Source: Prochlorococcus sp. AG-409-O23 (GTDB lineage Bacteria > Cyanobacteriota > Cyanobacteriia > PCC-6307 > Cyanobiaceae). From it: DNA of 64,000 nucleotides. The notes below the pieces were generated by a model. The model saw only the letters and a program-made list of their open reading frames with translations. It had not been told where the DNA came from and searched no databases. Position 1 is the first letter of the stretch; each line of letters opens with the position of its first letter. The stretch covers positions 51,001-115,000 of the forward strand of contig QCKL01000001.1 in assembly GCA_003215355.1 (NCBI GenBank). The letters run 5' to 3'. Made by a program: the position numbers and the translations under genes. Below, piece after piece: positions 1 through 9,822 of this stretch.

Positions 1-390
1 CTTACGGTCCCATCCTCCTGACCTCATGCTCGCATGAGCTTGAGCTACATGACGCGAGAGAGCAAGAAGTAATGCAAGAGAGTGCTCAGCGGCAGCAATA
101 GTGTTACCCCCCGGAGAGTTCACAACCAAAACCCCTCTTTGAGTTGCGGCAGGAACATCGACATTGTCAACTCCAACACCAGCTCGACCAATAATCCTTA
201 GCTTCTCTGCTACCTGGATCACATCAGCAGTGACCTGAGTACCAGAGCGAATCATCAAAGCGTCATATTCGCCAATAATCCTTTTCAGATCATCTGCCGA
301 AAGCCCTGTCTTTTGATCAACCTGAGCTACCTGGCTAAGGATTTCAATCCCTGCCTTATCAATAGGATCGGAAACCAGAACTTTGGTCAT
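1..390 (-). CDS. serA: D-3-phosphoglycerate dehydrogenase, N-terminal part (gene runs off the window start)
   Basis: Reverse-strand ATG at 388-390. My translation MTKVLVSDPIDKAGIEILSQVAQVDQKTGLSADDLKRIIGEYDALMIRSGTQV...IIGRAGVGVDNVDVPAATQRGVLVVNSPGGN fits the SerA/2-hydroxyacid dehydrogenase N-terminus. Absent from the ORF track because the window edge truncates it. Confidence 0.85.
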   Translation of the reverse strand, partial: MTKVLVSDPIDKAGIEILSQVAQVDQKTGLSADDLKRIIGEYDALMIRSGTQVTADVIQVAEKLRIIGRAGVGVDNVDVPAATQRGVLVVNSPGGNTIAAAEHSLALLLALSRHVAQAHASMRSGGWDRK

Positions 391-422
391 AAAAGGCTTA
401 ACTTCTGCCTAGATGAACTGTA

Positions 423-1079
423 ATGAGCAAATTGCTTGTTATTGGTGATCCGACAAGCCAGGGTTCAGAATTCAAACAATTGAGGGATGAATTAGTGCCT
501 ACATGCGTGGTGGTTTTAAACGAAATTCCTTCGGCAGATCAATTGAGCACAATGATTAGAGAGGCTACTATGCCAATCTCTAAATGCCTGGTAGTGCAAC
601 CGCACTCAACAAATATCAAAGCCAGGCCAACGACTGAGGGGGCTGATAAAGCAAATAGCGAAAACTTTCTTTCAGATTTCAATCCTATCGGGATAGAAGC
701 TGTCAAATTGCTGAATCCAAAATTTTCACGGCAACAACGTCAAAAAAATATGGCTATTTGGTTAATACCTTTTGGATTTCTCTCAGGCCTTACTTTCGTT
801 CAAATGACTGGACTTACCACCTTCTCTAAATTGGGCATGGGCCCTTTAGGCGAAACACTTCTAGGCGGCTTGCTAGGGATGGGATCTGGGTGGATTGGTA
901 GTTATGTAGCAGCAGGCAGCGTGAGTCCAGATAGCAATGACTATGTAAATACCCTTAGGAAACTAAATGAACAGGGGAAATGGCTTCTTCTACTTGAGAC
1001 CCCAACTGATAGCGAATTGCCTTGGCAGTTTATTAAAGATGTAAATCCTGTTGAAGTTGTAAGAGTGAGTGATCTGTGA
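423..1079 (+). CDS. conserved hypothetical membrane protein
   Basis: 218-aa ORF with a hydrophobic, Gly-rich central segment (IWLIPFGFLSGLTF...LLGGLLGMGSGWIG). Its stop overlaps the next gene start by 4 nt (GTGA), which suggests an operon. Confidence 0.55.
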   Translation: MSKLLVIGDPTSQGSEFKQLRDELVPTCVVVLNEIPSADQLSTMIREATMPISKCLVVQPHSTNIKARPTTEGADKANSENFLSDFNPIGIEAVKLLNPKFSRQQRQKNMAIWLIPFGFLSGLTFVQMTGLTTFSKLGMGPLGETLLGGLLGMGSGWIGSYVAAGSVSPDSNDYVNTLRKLNEQGKWLLLLETPTDSELPWQFIKDVNPVEVVRVSDL

Positions 1080-1864
1080 GCCTGCCCAGACAAAAGCTAC
1101 TTAAAGACTGCAAAGACCGAGAAGGCATGGAAGAACTTATAGCTCTTGCAGAGAAAGTTCTTCGAACCTGGCAACCTGCCTGGAGTCCTTTTGTATCAGC
1201 TCTTCTCAGAGAAAACGTTCTGAAGGCAATGGAACCTCTAGGCGAGCTCCGATGGCGTACCGAGGGTGGGCACCCTTGTGCAGAGCGTCAAAGAATGCAA
1301 TGCATACGTACTGACGATTGGACCTCAATCTCAAAAGAAGAAGCTCCAATTCATGGAATACGTATTGAAGGGAATTTCCTTTTTGATAAGGCAAGTCCAA
1401 AAGACATCCGACAAGCTCTAGGCACTCTTGGAATTGCCTCTAAAGAAATTGGTGATATCTGGTTAAGAGGTGACAGAGGAGCTAATGCAATTTGCACTCC
1501 TGAATCAGCAATAGCAATAGATGGCTGTATGGGGTTAGTTAGAGAAGTGAAGATCAAGTGTGAGGCAATTGAACTAAGCAAACTTGAGCTCCCGATGCAA
1601 AGGATGGCCAAAAGGTTTAGCAGTATCGAAGCATCCAAAAGAGTTGATGCAATTGCTTCTGCAGGCTTCGGGCTATCCAGAGCAAAGATTGTCAATCAAA
1701 TAAAAGAAGGCCGACTGCGACTTAACTGGCAACCAATTCGACAAACCAGTCGAGAATTGAATATTGGTGATCGAATGCAGCTAGAAGGAAAAGGTTCGAT
1801 CGAATTAATTAACCTTCAGCTGACCAAGAGACAACGGTGGAAGGTTGAAATGCTACGTCAATAA
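1076..1864 (+). CDS. S4 RNA-binding domain protein (YlmH-like, cyanobacterial photosystem II S4 domain family)
   Basis: C-terminal S4 motif: [52 protein letters not shown]. 262 aa, GTG start overlapping the upstream stop. Confidence 0.7.
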   Translation: MSLPRQKLLKDCKDREGMEELIALAEKVLRTWQPAWSPFVSALLRENVLKAMEPLGELRWRTEGGHPCAERQRMQCIRTDDWTSISKEEAPIHGIRIEGNFLFDKASPKDIRQALGTLGIASKEIGDIWLRGDRGANAICTPESAIAIDGCMGLVREVKIKCEAIELSKLELPMQRMAKRFSSIEASKRVDAIASAGFGLSRAKIVNQIKEGRLRLNWQPIRQTSRELNIGDRMQLEGKGSIELINLQLTKRQRWKVEMLRQ

Positions 1865-1930
1865 ACTGCTTCGATACCCAAGCTGCTAGCTTCATTTCTG
1901 AACATGCTCAAACTTCTAGATGGGCTTTGA

Positions 1931-2002
1931 GGGCGATTAGCTCAGAGGTAGAGCACTACCTTGACACGGTAGGAGTCACTGGTTCGATTCCAGTATCGCC
2001 CA
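1931..2002 (+). tRNA. tRNA-Val (anticodon GAC)
   Basis: Hand-folded cloverleaf: acceptor GGGCGAT/ATCGCCC, D stem GCTC/GAGC, anticodon stem CTACC/GGTAG with loop TTGACAC, T arm ACTGG-TTCGATT-CCAGT, discriminator A. 72 nt, no encoded CCA. Confidence 0.93.
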
Positions 2003-2008
2003 TTTCAC

Positions 2009-3412
2009 TTGAAAAGGAAGGAGTTTTTGAGACCTAACGTTTTAGTTGTGGGGCTTGGTCGCTCTGGAATAGGTGCAGCCAAACTGCTGAATGCAGAGGG
2101 CTATCACGTCATCGTGATTGAGAGCCAAAAAGAAGATAAATTCAAATCAGCAATTCAAGAATTGAACAAACTTGGAATAGATGTAGAACTTTCCACGCCT
2201 TTTCAAACAAAGAGTTTGGCCCCCTGGTTAAGTCAACTGAACAAAGTGGTTGTCAGTCCAGGTGTCCCATGGGATCATCCAACTCTGAATGTCCTCAGGC
2301 ATCAAGGCATATCAATCCAAGGGGAGATGGCCGTCGCCTGGCAAAGGCTAAAAGATATCCCATGGATAGGAGTTACTGGAACAAACGGAAAATCAACAGT
2401 TACACATTTCCTAAATCATGTTCTAGAAAGCAATGGGATAAATGCTCCGATGGGAGGCAATGTGGGATTTTCAGCTACTGAACTAGCACTTAATGTGCAA
2501 GAAGAGAAAAGGCGTCGACCTGAATGGTTAATTATGGAGTTAAGTAGCTACCAAATTGAAGCTGCACCAGAGGTTTCTCCACTAATAGGAATCTGGACAA
2601 ACCTCACCCCAGATCATCTGGAACGCCACAAGACTCTCGATAAATATAGAGAAATCAAGCGAAGTCTCTTAGATCGATCTCAAATACGCATCTATAATGC
2701 AGATGACCCAGACCTAAAGCATCAACGTAATAATTTGAGGCCAGGTCTTTGGGTAAGTACTTTGGGCCCTGGCACAAAAAAGTATCCAGCTAGCTGTTGG
2801 ATTGATCAAGAGGATTTTCTTTTTGAAAATGGCAACAAGCTCTTTCACTCATCAGCTTTAAATATTCCAGGAAAACATAACCTTCAAAACCTTCTAATGG
2901 TTACAAAGGCTGCCAGAGAAATAGGCCTATCTCCAAAAGAAATCGAATCAGCCATTAAATCCTTTAAAGGAGTTCCTCATCGGCTCGAAAGGCTTGGCGA
3001 ATTCAAGGGAATAACTGTTTTCAATGACAGTAAGGCAACAAACTATGACTCAGCATGTATGGCTATAAAAGCAGTTCCATCGCCATCGATTGTCCTTGCA
3101 GGAGGAGAAATTAAAAAAGGGGATGCATCTGCATGGCTCATTCAACTTCATCAAAAAGCCTGCGGGATCGTGCTTTTTGGCAAGAATGCCAATGAACTAA
3201 TAGACCTAATAAAAGCTTCAGGGTATTCAGGAGATGTCCGCTGTTCTAAAAGTCTCGATCAAGCAGTCAACCAGGCTGTAGAAATTGGGCTCAACAACAA
3301 TGCTAAAAGCCTATTGCTCTCTCCTGCGTGCGCGAGTTTTGATCAATATAAAGACTTCGAAGAAAGAGGTGATCATTTCCGAAAATTAATCGCCCCAATT
3401 TTGGAAAGATAA
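2009..3412 (+). CDS. murD: UDP-N-acetylmuramoylalanine--D-glutamate ligase
   Basis: N-terminal [16 protein letters not shown]-loop [10 protein letters not shown], Mur ligase C-terminal region ending in [17 protein letters not shown]. The TTG start lies only 6 nt after the tRNA, so TTG at 2027 is an alternative. Confidence 0.9.
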   Translation: MKRKEFLRPNVLVVGLGRSGIGAAKLLNAEGYHVIVIESQKEDKFKSAIQELNKLGIDVELSTPFQTKSLAPWLSQLNKVVVSPGVPWDHPTLNVLRHQGISIQGEMAVAWQRLKDIPWIGVTGTNGKSTVTHFLNHVLESNGINAPMGGNVGFSATELALNVQEEKRRRPEWLIMELSSYQIEAAPEVSPLIGIWTNLTPDHLERHKTLDKYREIKRSLLDRSQIRIYNADDPDLKHQRNNLRPGLWVSTLGPGTKKYPASCWIDQEDFLFENGNKLFHSSALNIPGKHNLQNLLMVTKAAREIGLSPKEIESAIKSFKGVPHRLERLGEFKGITVFNDSKATNYDSACMAIKAVPSPSIVLAGGEIKKGDASAWLIQLHQKACGIVLFGKNANELIDLIKASGYSGDVRCSKSLDQAVNQAVEIGLNNNAKSLLLSPACASFDQYKDFEERGDHFRKLIAPILER

Positions 3413-3448
3413 ATGCTTTTAAAGCATTAGCCTAAAAAAGGTTTATTT

Positions 3449-3835
3449 TTGGCCGGTCATCCACCCTCTGACCGAACTAGCACCAAAAGTCCAAAAGTAG
3501 ATATTTTTGATTATCTCCAGGAGCAAGTCTTGAAAGAAGAAAGTTCCCTCCCCTCAGCTATCAGTCATAAAAAGCTCAATGAGCTCTTCACTTCAGCCCA
3601 AAAGGATCATTTAGCTTCAGAAGGTGATTTAGATCATTCCTTGGAAGGGAAAGAGCGTTTCAAGCAACTACTCATCGACTGGTCCTCATTAACCTCAGAA
3701 CTGTTGGAGGCTCTTAGCAAAAAGCATGGTTATATCGTTGAAGGTCGAAGTCCCAAGTCATTAATGGCTTTAGGAGCCTTAGAGGCTCATTTAAAGATGG
3801 CGAAAGGTGCCCAGGAGGCATCTGAATCTGATTAA
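3449..3835 (+). CDS. hypothetical protein
   Basis: 128-aa ORF with a TTG start, acidic and helical. No recognisable motif. Confidence 0.45.
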   Translation: MAGHPPSDRTSTKSPKVDIFDYLQEQVLKEESSLPSAISHKKLNELFTSAQKDHLASEGDLDHSLEGKERFKQLLIDWSSLTSELLEALSKKHGYIVEGRSPKSLMALGALEAHLKMAKGAQEASESD

Positions 3836-4079
3836 TAAGTAATCGCCTAACAGAAGAAGAGGAAAATCAAAACCTCAGAGTTTTCCAACCAGGCTTTGAC
3901 TCCTCACAATCATTAAAGGGGCTTAATCTCTAAGTGCTTTTTCCCATAGACATATTTAAGAGTCAGATCTAAAACTAAATTAGAGCCTTAATAAAGGGCT
4001 AGTCGGTACCAGCTCTTAATGGCTTAAGGGAGCTTATCCAACGCCACAAGCTCCCTTCTTCCAAATAAAGGAGGCCACT

Positions 4080-4223
4080 ATGCCTTATCAAGACGCACAA
4101 ACCATTATGGACTCACTAATTCCAGCAACTATAGGAGGAGCTCTAGGCCTTTTTGCCCTATTGGGTATAAGAGAACTCTTCAAAGAAACTACAGTTGCTT
4201 TAAAGAAAAAAGCCAATGCCTAA
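4080..4223 (+). CDS. small membrane protein (47 aa)
   Basis: ATG preceded by AAGGAGG with good spacing. MPYQDAQTIMDSLIPATIGGALGLFALLGIRELFKETTVALKKKANA has one predicted TM helix. Below the ORF track cutoff. Confidence 0.45.
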   Translation: MPYQDAQTIMDSLIPATIGGALGLFALLGIRELFKETTVALKKKANA

Positions 4224-4568
4224 ACAGCGCAATTAATTGTTTGTCACTCCTCGCAAAATAAGCGCGCAATGCCATGACCATTACAATCAAACAAAGGCCA
4301 CGCGAACTTACCTGCAAGCTCCCCATAAAGCAGCAAACAATAGAAGCCTTATTAGGGCTTGCCTGGCGTAAGGAAAAGAAACAGAGACCGGATTGGTTAG
4401 TAAAAGAGTTGAGTGCTTACTGCTAACAAATTATTGAGCTAATGATGATCTAATAAATACGTAGAAATTTAAAAAAATCAATCATCTTTTATTTAAAGTC
4501 TCATGAACAAAGTTCTGGCATTGAATAAAAAAATTAATACTGTCGAGCAAGGTCCTGATACTACAAAT

Positions 4569-4982
4569 TCATTTAGGGTTGTAATATAACAAGTCAGCTT
4601 CATACATATCATCATCTTGATAAGAGTTAGCTCTATACATAAGGTTAATTATCCTTTCCGGGTCAATTCCTAAATCAGCAACCTCTTGCCACAGTCGATT
4701 CGTCAAATCCTTGTCGGCAAGCTCAAACTGTGAATGGGATAAATTACGAGCAAGCAAAAATATTATTTGCTGACTAACATTATCTTTTAATTTGGAAGAA
4801 TTAAGTTTAGTTCTGTTCTGGTGATACTTAACCCCCCGATAGCTTAGGGAAAGCAAGCCTGAAGCATTTGCTTCCCTTCTTAGCTGATATTTATTCTGTT
4901 GATAAGTTAGCTTGACCTTCCTCTCAGTCTCCACAGCCTTGTATTTAATATAGTTCTGGCCTCGATAAAGAAGTTTTGTCAT
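4569..4982 (-). CDS. DUF4278-like protein
   Basis: Repeated L-x-YRG-x-x-Y motifs (MTKLLYRGQNYIKY, LSYRGVKYHQ) as in the cyanobacterial DUF4278 family. Family name is from memory. Confidence 0.55.
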   Translation of the reverse strand: MTKLLYRGQNYIKYKAVETERKVKLTYQQNKYQLRREANASGLLSLSYRGVKYHQNRTKLNSSKLKDNVSQQIIFLLARNLSHSQFELADKDLTNRLWQEVADLGIDPERIINLMYRANSYQDDDMYEADLLYYNPK

Positions 4983-5300
4983 GGCTGCCTATTAATAGTA
5001 ATGTGCAGGCCCCAATCAATTGAATGACTCGGACTTTATGCTTTCGTAAAGCGTTTCCAAAGCCTTTAAGGAGCCTCTCCTTTTGATTATTATCTTCACA
5101 TGCTTGCAAAGAGGTAGTTCATGGGAATACAAAACCGCAACTATAAACTATTTTTTTAGATTTAAATCTATTTAATCTGTCTGCAAGAAGTTGGCAGATG
5201 AATAGACGTTAACAACATAACTACTGAAATTCAACACTTTCTTAAATCATCTGATCAGTCCTCATATGCCATTTGATAACTGTGTATAAATATTATTTCC

Positions 5301-5543
5301 CTACCCTCCTATAGAAAGTTGTTCATAAGCTGCGTAACTCTGCATTTGACGATCTAATGAGAGCAAAGCAATCTTAATTGATTCCAACTCTCTTTCTAAA
5401 TGGCTACGCCTAGATTGAAGGACCGAAAATCTTCTTTTCATTTCAAGACGCCGTCTCTCACGATAATCATCTTTTGGAGAACCACTAGACATATAGCCTA
5501 TAGATTTCTCATTTTTTCTTGAGGCGGGCAATGGACTTTTCAT
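5301..5543 (-). CDS. hypothetical basic coiled-coil protein
   Basis: 80-aa ORF rich in Arg and Glu. The start is uncertain and may be the internal Met18. Confidence 0.35.
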   Translation of the reverse strand: MKSPLPASRKNEKSIGYMSSGSPKDDYRERRRLEMKRRFSVLQSRRSHLERELESIKIALLSLDRQMQSYAAYEQLSIGG

Positions 5544-5693
5544 TTAACTTCTCCATTGGTTTGTTTGCGGAGAGCCCCAATACCCGAGACTCTCCTAAAG
5601 CCTTGGGTTGATGCCCCGACATATATCTAACCCAGGGCTCTATACCAGGTGTAACCAATACTTTGATTAAATGTAAATCCGTCTTTACGCTCG

Positions 5694-5766
5694 AGTATTT
5701 CAACCTCAGTCTTTCTGCTCTAGTATTTCAACCTCAGTCTTTCTGCTCTAGTATTTATCCCTCAGC
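5694..5766. repeat. 28-bp tandem direct repeat, 2.6 copies
   Basis: AGTATTTCAACCTCAGTCTTTCTGCTCT occurs at 5694-5721 and identically at 5722-5749, followed by a degenerate partial copy AGTATTTATCCCTCAGC. Confidence 0.9.
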
Positions 5767-5889
5767 GTTTAAACCTAGAAAAAAAATGTCTGGCACTTGC
5801 AGCAATCTTAATATCAGATGAGTCCCAGAGATTAATACACATTCAACGCAAGTAATCATACTTATATGAATTGTCCTAATTCAAATCTC

Positions 5890-6051
5890 TCAAGCTGCAA
5901 GATCTTGAAATGCATTCCACCCATCTTGATCCATTTCAACCAAATCAGCTACTACTTGATCTAGTTCCTTGTTCTCATATTTGCATAGAGAATCATTTTC
6001 TAAAAAACATTCATCCACAAAGTCGTCAAAGGCAAAGATTATGTCAGTCAT
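5890..6051 (-). CDS. small acidic protein (53 aa)
   Basis: My translation: MTDIIFAFDDFVDECFLENDSLCKYENKELDQVVADLVEMDQDGWNAFQDLAA. Below the track cutoff and without any motif. Confidence 0.3.
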   Translation of the reverse strand: MTDIIFAFDDFVDECFLENDSLCKYENKELDQVVADLVEMDQDGWNAFQDLAA

Positions 6052-6382
6052 AAAATGATTACATTAGCTACAGCTATCTCAACAGAACTAGATTAGTTGT
6101 CAACTAAAAATATATTTTCATTTAAGTTACAAGTTCAGCATCAGAGACTAAAGGAAACTTGGCACGATATTTTTGGGAAATAAACGAAACCACTGCTCTT
6201 AAAGTATTGAGCACCACCTGCTATCTATTACCAAATCTCATATGTCATGGTACTTACAAACCTATCGCAACAGAGGGGAAGAGGTCCGTCAATTAATCCT
6301 TATTTAATTCACAACAAAAATACTCTTGGGTTAATCCCAGTGAATGATGAACTTTAATTTTCAAAAAGGACCATAGAGACGC

Positions 6383-6541
6383 CTAATCAACATCACTACT
6401 AAACAGCAGAGACTCTGGGATGCAATGCTCCTGCCCCTCACGAGATCTGTAGACACGCTCTATGCCCCATTCCCTCTCCACGATCTTCACCTCACAAATC
6501 CCTTTTGGAATTGATTCCACAAACCTTTGTGCGCGATTCAT
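6383..6541 (-). CDS. small protein (52 aa), paralog 1 of a duplicated gene
   Basis: MNRAQRFVESIPKGICEVKIVEREWGIERVYRSREGQEHCIPESLLFSSDVD. Lies inside a 201-bp repeat, with AAGGAGGTGA upstream. Confidence 0.5.
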   Translation of the reverse strand: MNRAQRFVESIPKGICEVKIVEREWGIERVYRSREGQEHCIPESLLFSSDVD

Positions 6542-6607
6542 TTGAACTCCCAACTAAACCATTTCACCTCCTTAGAAAAACCTAAGCAATAAGCAAAAGA
6601 ACTTGGT
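6407..6607. repeat. 201-bp dispersed direct repeat, copy 1
   Basis: Matches 7682-7882 at a constant offset of 1275 nt. By my hand alignment the only mismatch is 6599 G versus 7874 A. Confidence 0.9.
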
Positions 6608-7314
6608 GGTTACATCCAATAAGCAACCACTAATCCAGCGAATAATTGCCCCTCTTAAAGAATATCTCTCCTTCAATAAAACCTGGAAAACATAGCCTGA
6701 ATGGTTAATCCCACTTTTTCCCCAACCCAGTTTCTTGTGCATACGCTCACTAAGTTGGTGAATTAGTGGCGATAGAGCATGCCGCTAGGCAAGGATTTAA
6801 ATGATCCCTTGAATGGCTGAGCGAATGAGCCGCCACGGTTACACCATCAGCTATCGCGATAGCGAAAGAAACAGGTGCGAGTTCTGCGCCTACGCACATG
6901 ATTCTTATGAAGCTAGGCAAGTCGCCATGGAGACGGTTAAGTTCGTCCATGAGCACCCAAATGCAATTGATCACATTCTTCGCTCAAGTTAATGAGTCCC
7001 ACGAAACCTGAATAATTCCGCAATCAATGAAATAAAGGGCGAGAAAGCTTAAGCCTACAAAAAAGATTTCGAACCCTGAAAACAAAATAAAAGACTAAGG
7101 CGAATCAAACCAGCGCATATAAGGTTTCCTTTATGGAGATTCCAACTACAGAGGAGCGCGGTAATAGCGTTGTATGTTCGAACACTGGCTATTCATGGAC
7201 CAGCGACCAGCTGGAGGAATATGAAGAGTCATGGGCCAAGGAACACGATCATCAAGACTGACTGCTCATTTCCCTTAAGAAGAACCCCTAAAAAACAAGC
7301 TTAATTTTGAGATT

Positions 7315-7500
7315 TCATTCTTCAATCTTCTTAGGATAAAGGCTTGCGATTTTTCTTGCTTGAGTTTGAGCTTTTACAGACTTAAATTTCTTTTCTGCCA
7401 TGCGTCTAACAACTATGCCAGGAATAAACCAAATAGCACCGATAACAACCATCATAAAAAGTGGGTTGTACCAAGTCAGGCTTAACAGAGTATCCAGCAA
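7315..7500 (-). CDS. small membrane protein (61 aa)
   Basis: One TM helix (PLFMMVVIGAIWFIPGIVV) followed by a basic tail. TTG start. Confidence 0.45.
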   Translation of the reverse strand: MLDTLLSLTWYNPLFMMVVIGAIWFIPGIVVRRMAEKKFKSVKAQTQARKIASLYPKKIEE

Positions 7501-7657
7501 AGATTAATTCCTCATGAGAAGCAACTACTTACATGATGATATCTAAATCATCAAAGACTGAGGATCTATAAGACCTACAACGATCCCTATTACGACAGAA
7601 AAGATAGCAATCACTAACAAGGCCACTGGCCAAATGAATTTCAATCTTTCCATCTAA

Positions 7658-7816
7658 TCAAACACTCTCGCTTCCAGTGAACAGAGACTCTGGGATGCAA
7701 TGCTCCTGCCCCTCACGAGATCTGTAGACACGCTCTATGCCCCATTCCCTCTCCACGATCTTCACCTCACAAATCCCTTTTGGAATTGATTCCACAAACC
7801 TTTGTGCGCGATTCAT
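7658..7816 (-). CDS. small protein (52 aa), paralog 2 of a duplicated gene
   Basis: MNRAQRFVESIPKGICEVKIVEREWGIERVYRSREGQEHCIPESLFTGSESV. The first 45 residues are identical to the 6383-6541 product. Confidence 0.5.
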   Translation of the reverse strand: MNRAQRFVESIPKGICEVKIVEREWGIERVYRSREGQEHCIPESLFTGSESV

Positions 7817-7882
7817 TTGAACTCCCAACTAAACCATTTCACCTCCTTAGAAAAACCTAAGCAATAAGCAAAAAAACTTGGT
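7682..7882. repeat. 201-bp dispersed direct repeat, copy 2
   Basis: See copy 1 at 6407-6607. Confidence 0.9.
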
Positions 7883-7925
7883 AGCTTTGGGATATTTGAT
7901 TCCAACATCAAGTAGGTCGCATCAT

Positions 7926-8195
7926 TTAAAAATAAAATTGAATTTCCTTGGGCGTCAGTCCTTCCCAACCAGCAGAAAGAAGTCTCTGATTGAGTGTGAC
8001 TTGATCAAAATGTTTGGCACCAGAGCGAACAATTCGATTACGCATTGATTTCTTAACACCACTTCTTTTTCTTGCTCCTTCTTTATTCATAACTTCTTTA
8101 TAGAGATTTAGCATTTCTTGGGGAATCTGACTCCCATCAAGATCCAGCCCTGCCTCTATCGCTTCATCAATGGCAGATGGTCCAGAGAAATCCAT
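7926..8195 (-). CDS. hypothetical protein
   Basis: 89-aa ORF with an ATG start, an acidic N-terminus and a basic centre (KRSGVKKSMRNRIVRSGAKH). Confidence 0.5.
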   Translation of the reverse strand: MDFSGPSAIDEAIEAGLDLDGSQIPQEMLNLYKEVMNKEGARKRSGVKKSMRNRIVRSGAKHFDQVTLNQRLLSAGWEGLTPKEIQFYF

Positions 8196-8281
8196 ACCAA
8201 TACTCTCCTAAATTGTTTTAAGTTTGCTTCAATCTTGAGCCTACTCTCCTTTAAAAATATATCTCTTGATGCAATTTTGCT

Positions 8282-8497
8282 CTAGTTATATTCACCAGGA
8301 ACATCATTTTTTTTAACGGTAACCTTTCCAACTTTGTTGCCTGAAAATCTAAGAAGCTCGTCTCCTGAGAACTCATACCCAAGCTTCAAAGCAATTTGAG
8401 CAACATCGTCAGCAGTTGAAGAAGAAAGGACCTCTGCCTTCAAGGCTGCATCTTCCTGCATTTTTTTCAAAAATGCTTTGAGCTGTTCAATAGCCAT
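8282..8497 (-). CDS. Nif11-like domain protein
   Basis: N-terminus [48 protein letters not shown] matches the Nif11 leader/domain pattern (EQLKAFLEK...LQEKL...IAKE.G). The 20-aa tail has no Cys. Confidence 0.7.
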   Translation of the reverse strand: MAIEQLKAFLKKMQEDAALKAEVLSSSTADDVAQIALKLGYEFSGDELLRFSGNKVGKVTVKKNDVPGEYN

Positions 8498-8563
8498 AGT
8501 TTCACCTTAAGAGGTGGGCTACTGACCACCCATGATCTCACCAAGCTAGGCGAAAATGGAAAT

Positions 8564-8725
8564 ATGAAAAAGTATCAATGCCCTGACTGCATCTATTCCT
8601 ACGATCCAAGAGAAGGTGATCCATCTCAGGGGGTTCCACCTGGAACAAGCTTCGACGACCTTCCTGCAAATTGGAAATGTCCTGCTTGCAGAGCAGGCAA
8701 GCGAAGGTTTAAGGCCATTGGCTGA
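8564..8725 (+). CDS. rubredoxin (53 aa)
   Basis: My translation [53 protein letters not shown] has both rubredoxin CxxC knuckles and the FxxLPxxWxCPxC signature. It is under 60 aa, so not in the track. The antisense 8546-8776 track ORF is probably spurious. Confidence 0.88.
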   Translation: MKKYQCPDCIYSYDPREGDPSQGVPPGTSFDDLPANWKCPACRAGKRRFKAIG

Positions 8726-8824
8726 ATAATTGCTAGGCCCTCGGGAAATCCCCACTAAGTGTTTTTTGGGAACCACTTCTCAAAAAAATTTAACTCTCCT
8801 TTATTAATTACCCAGAGCGAAAGT

Positions 8825-9184
8825 CTAGTTTTTTGTAATCTTAGGTCCATCTTTATCGTTGATCAGAGTAGGGAAGCTATTGTCAATTTGATTAACCTTT
8901 AAACTCTCACTTTCGACTGATTGGTCCTCCTCACGAGCTCCCTCAATCAACTCACTAGGCAAGCTGGATTGCCCTAGTAACTCTTTAACAAATTCTTCAA
9001 TAGCATCATATAATTTTGAAACCTTAGAGAATAAATCTTTCAAACTAATCCAAATTTCTCTAATGAGAAGCTTTATTTCTGCAGCCTTTGGACCTTTATT
9101 AGTAAACAACACCCAGGTACACCCTACTAAAACAATTCCCACTAGAAGGTGAAGGAATAAAACAAAGATAACTAGTTCAGACAT
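8825..9184 (-). CDS. hypothetical membrane-anchored protein
   Basis: 119 aa with an N-terminal TM helix (LVIFVLFLHLLVGIVLVGCTWVLF) and an acidic C-terminus. Confidence 0.45.
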   Translation of the reverse strand: MSELVIFVLFLHLLVGIVLVGCTWVLFTNKGPKAAEIKLLIREIWISLKDLFSKVSKLYDAIEEFVKELLGQSSLPSELIEGAREEDQSVESESLKVNQIDNSFPTLINDKDGPKITKN

Positions 9185-9460
9185 TGATTTCTCTTTCGGG
9201 AAAGCTTAAAAAGCTCAAAGCCAGATCCATCTCTGACGGTAATGAATGATGGGAGCTCTCAACATTCAATAGAACAATCAAATATTAAGATAAGCATAGC
9301 GGAACATAAATTTTTTGCACAATAAACTTAGATGCGTACAATCTTTTTTAATGTAGTGCATATTTGTGATGAGTTCCCCAGAAAAAGCTAAATGCTTCGA
9401 GAAAAAATATTGCCCAAACACCTCTTAAAGATCAGAAGAAGATGGCAGCTTGTGCCTTTT

Positions 9461-9658
9461 TTAAAACCCCTTTGAGCGAAAAGATTTCTTTATAATATTT
9501 TCTTCGTAGGCTCTCTTTCGTCGATCGTATTGGTTCTTAAAAACCAAGCCAACTCCTACAATTAGAGCAACAAGGAAAATAATCATAACTAATACGACAA
9601 CATAAGTATTCAGAGACATCCCTTCCAGCTGAATTAATTGCGAGAAAGATTTTTCCAT
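9461..9658 (-). CDS. small membrane protein (65 aa)
   Basis: One TM helix (YVVVLVMIIFLVALIVGVGLVF) and a basic tail. Confidence 0.4.
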   Translation of the reverse strand: MEKSFSQLIQLEGMSLNTYVVVLVMIIFLVALIVGVGLVFKNQYDRRKRAYEENIIKKSFRSKGF

Positions 9659-9822
9659 AGGGCTCAGAGAACTTGAATCATATCAAGGCTAATAGGGAGA
9701 AAGTCTTTGCATATGCATTGGCGATAATGTCTTACAGATTCACTTCATAACTCTTGTAGTGAGTTAATGTACAAAATTTTATCTTCCCATTAGAGATAAA
9801 TTAGTCATGCCGTCTTTTATTT

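Noticed and set aside
1206-1695. Minus-strand ORFs of 64 and 114 aa inside the S4-domain gene
   Set aside because: They are antisense to a gene with a recognisable S4 domain and operon-style overlap with its neighbour. Neither has a motif.
5694-5766. Possible CRISPR array
   Set aside because: The repeats are directly tandem with no spacers, there are only 2.6 copies, and no cas genes are present.
8282-8497. Nif11 peptide as a prochlorosin (lanthipeptide) precursor
   Set aside because: The core region has no Cys, so no lanthionine can form. It has no double-Gly cleavage motif, and no LanM-like gene lies in the window.
8546-8776. 76-aa minus-strand track ORF
   Set aside because: The plus strand here encodes a textbook rubredoxin (8564-8725), so the antisense ORF is almost certainly non-coding.
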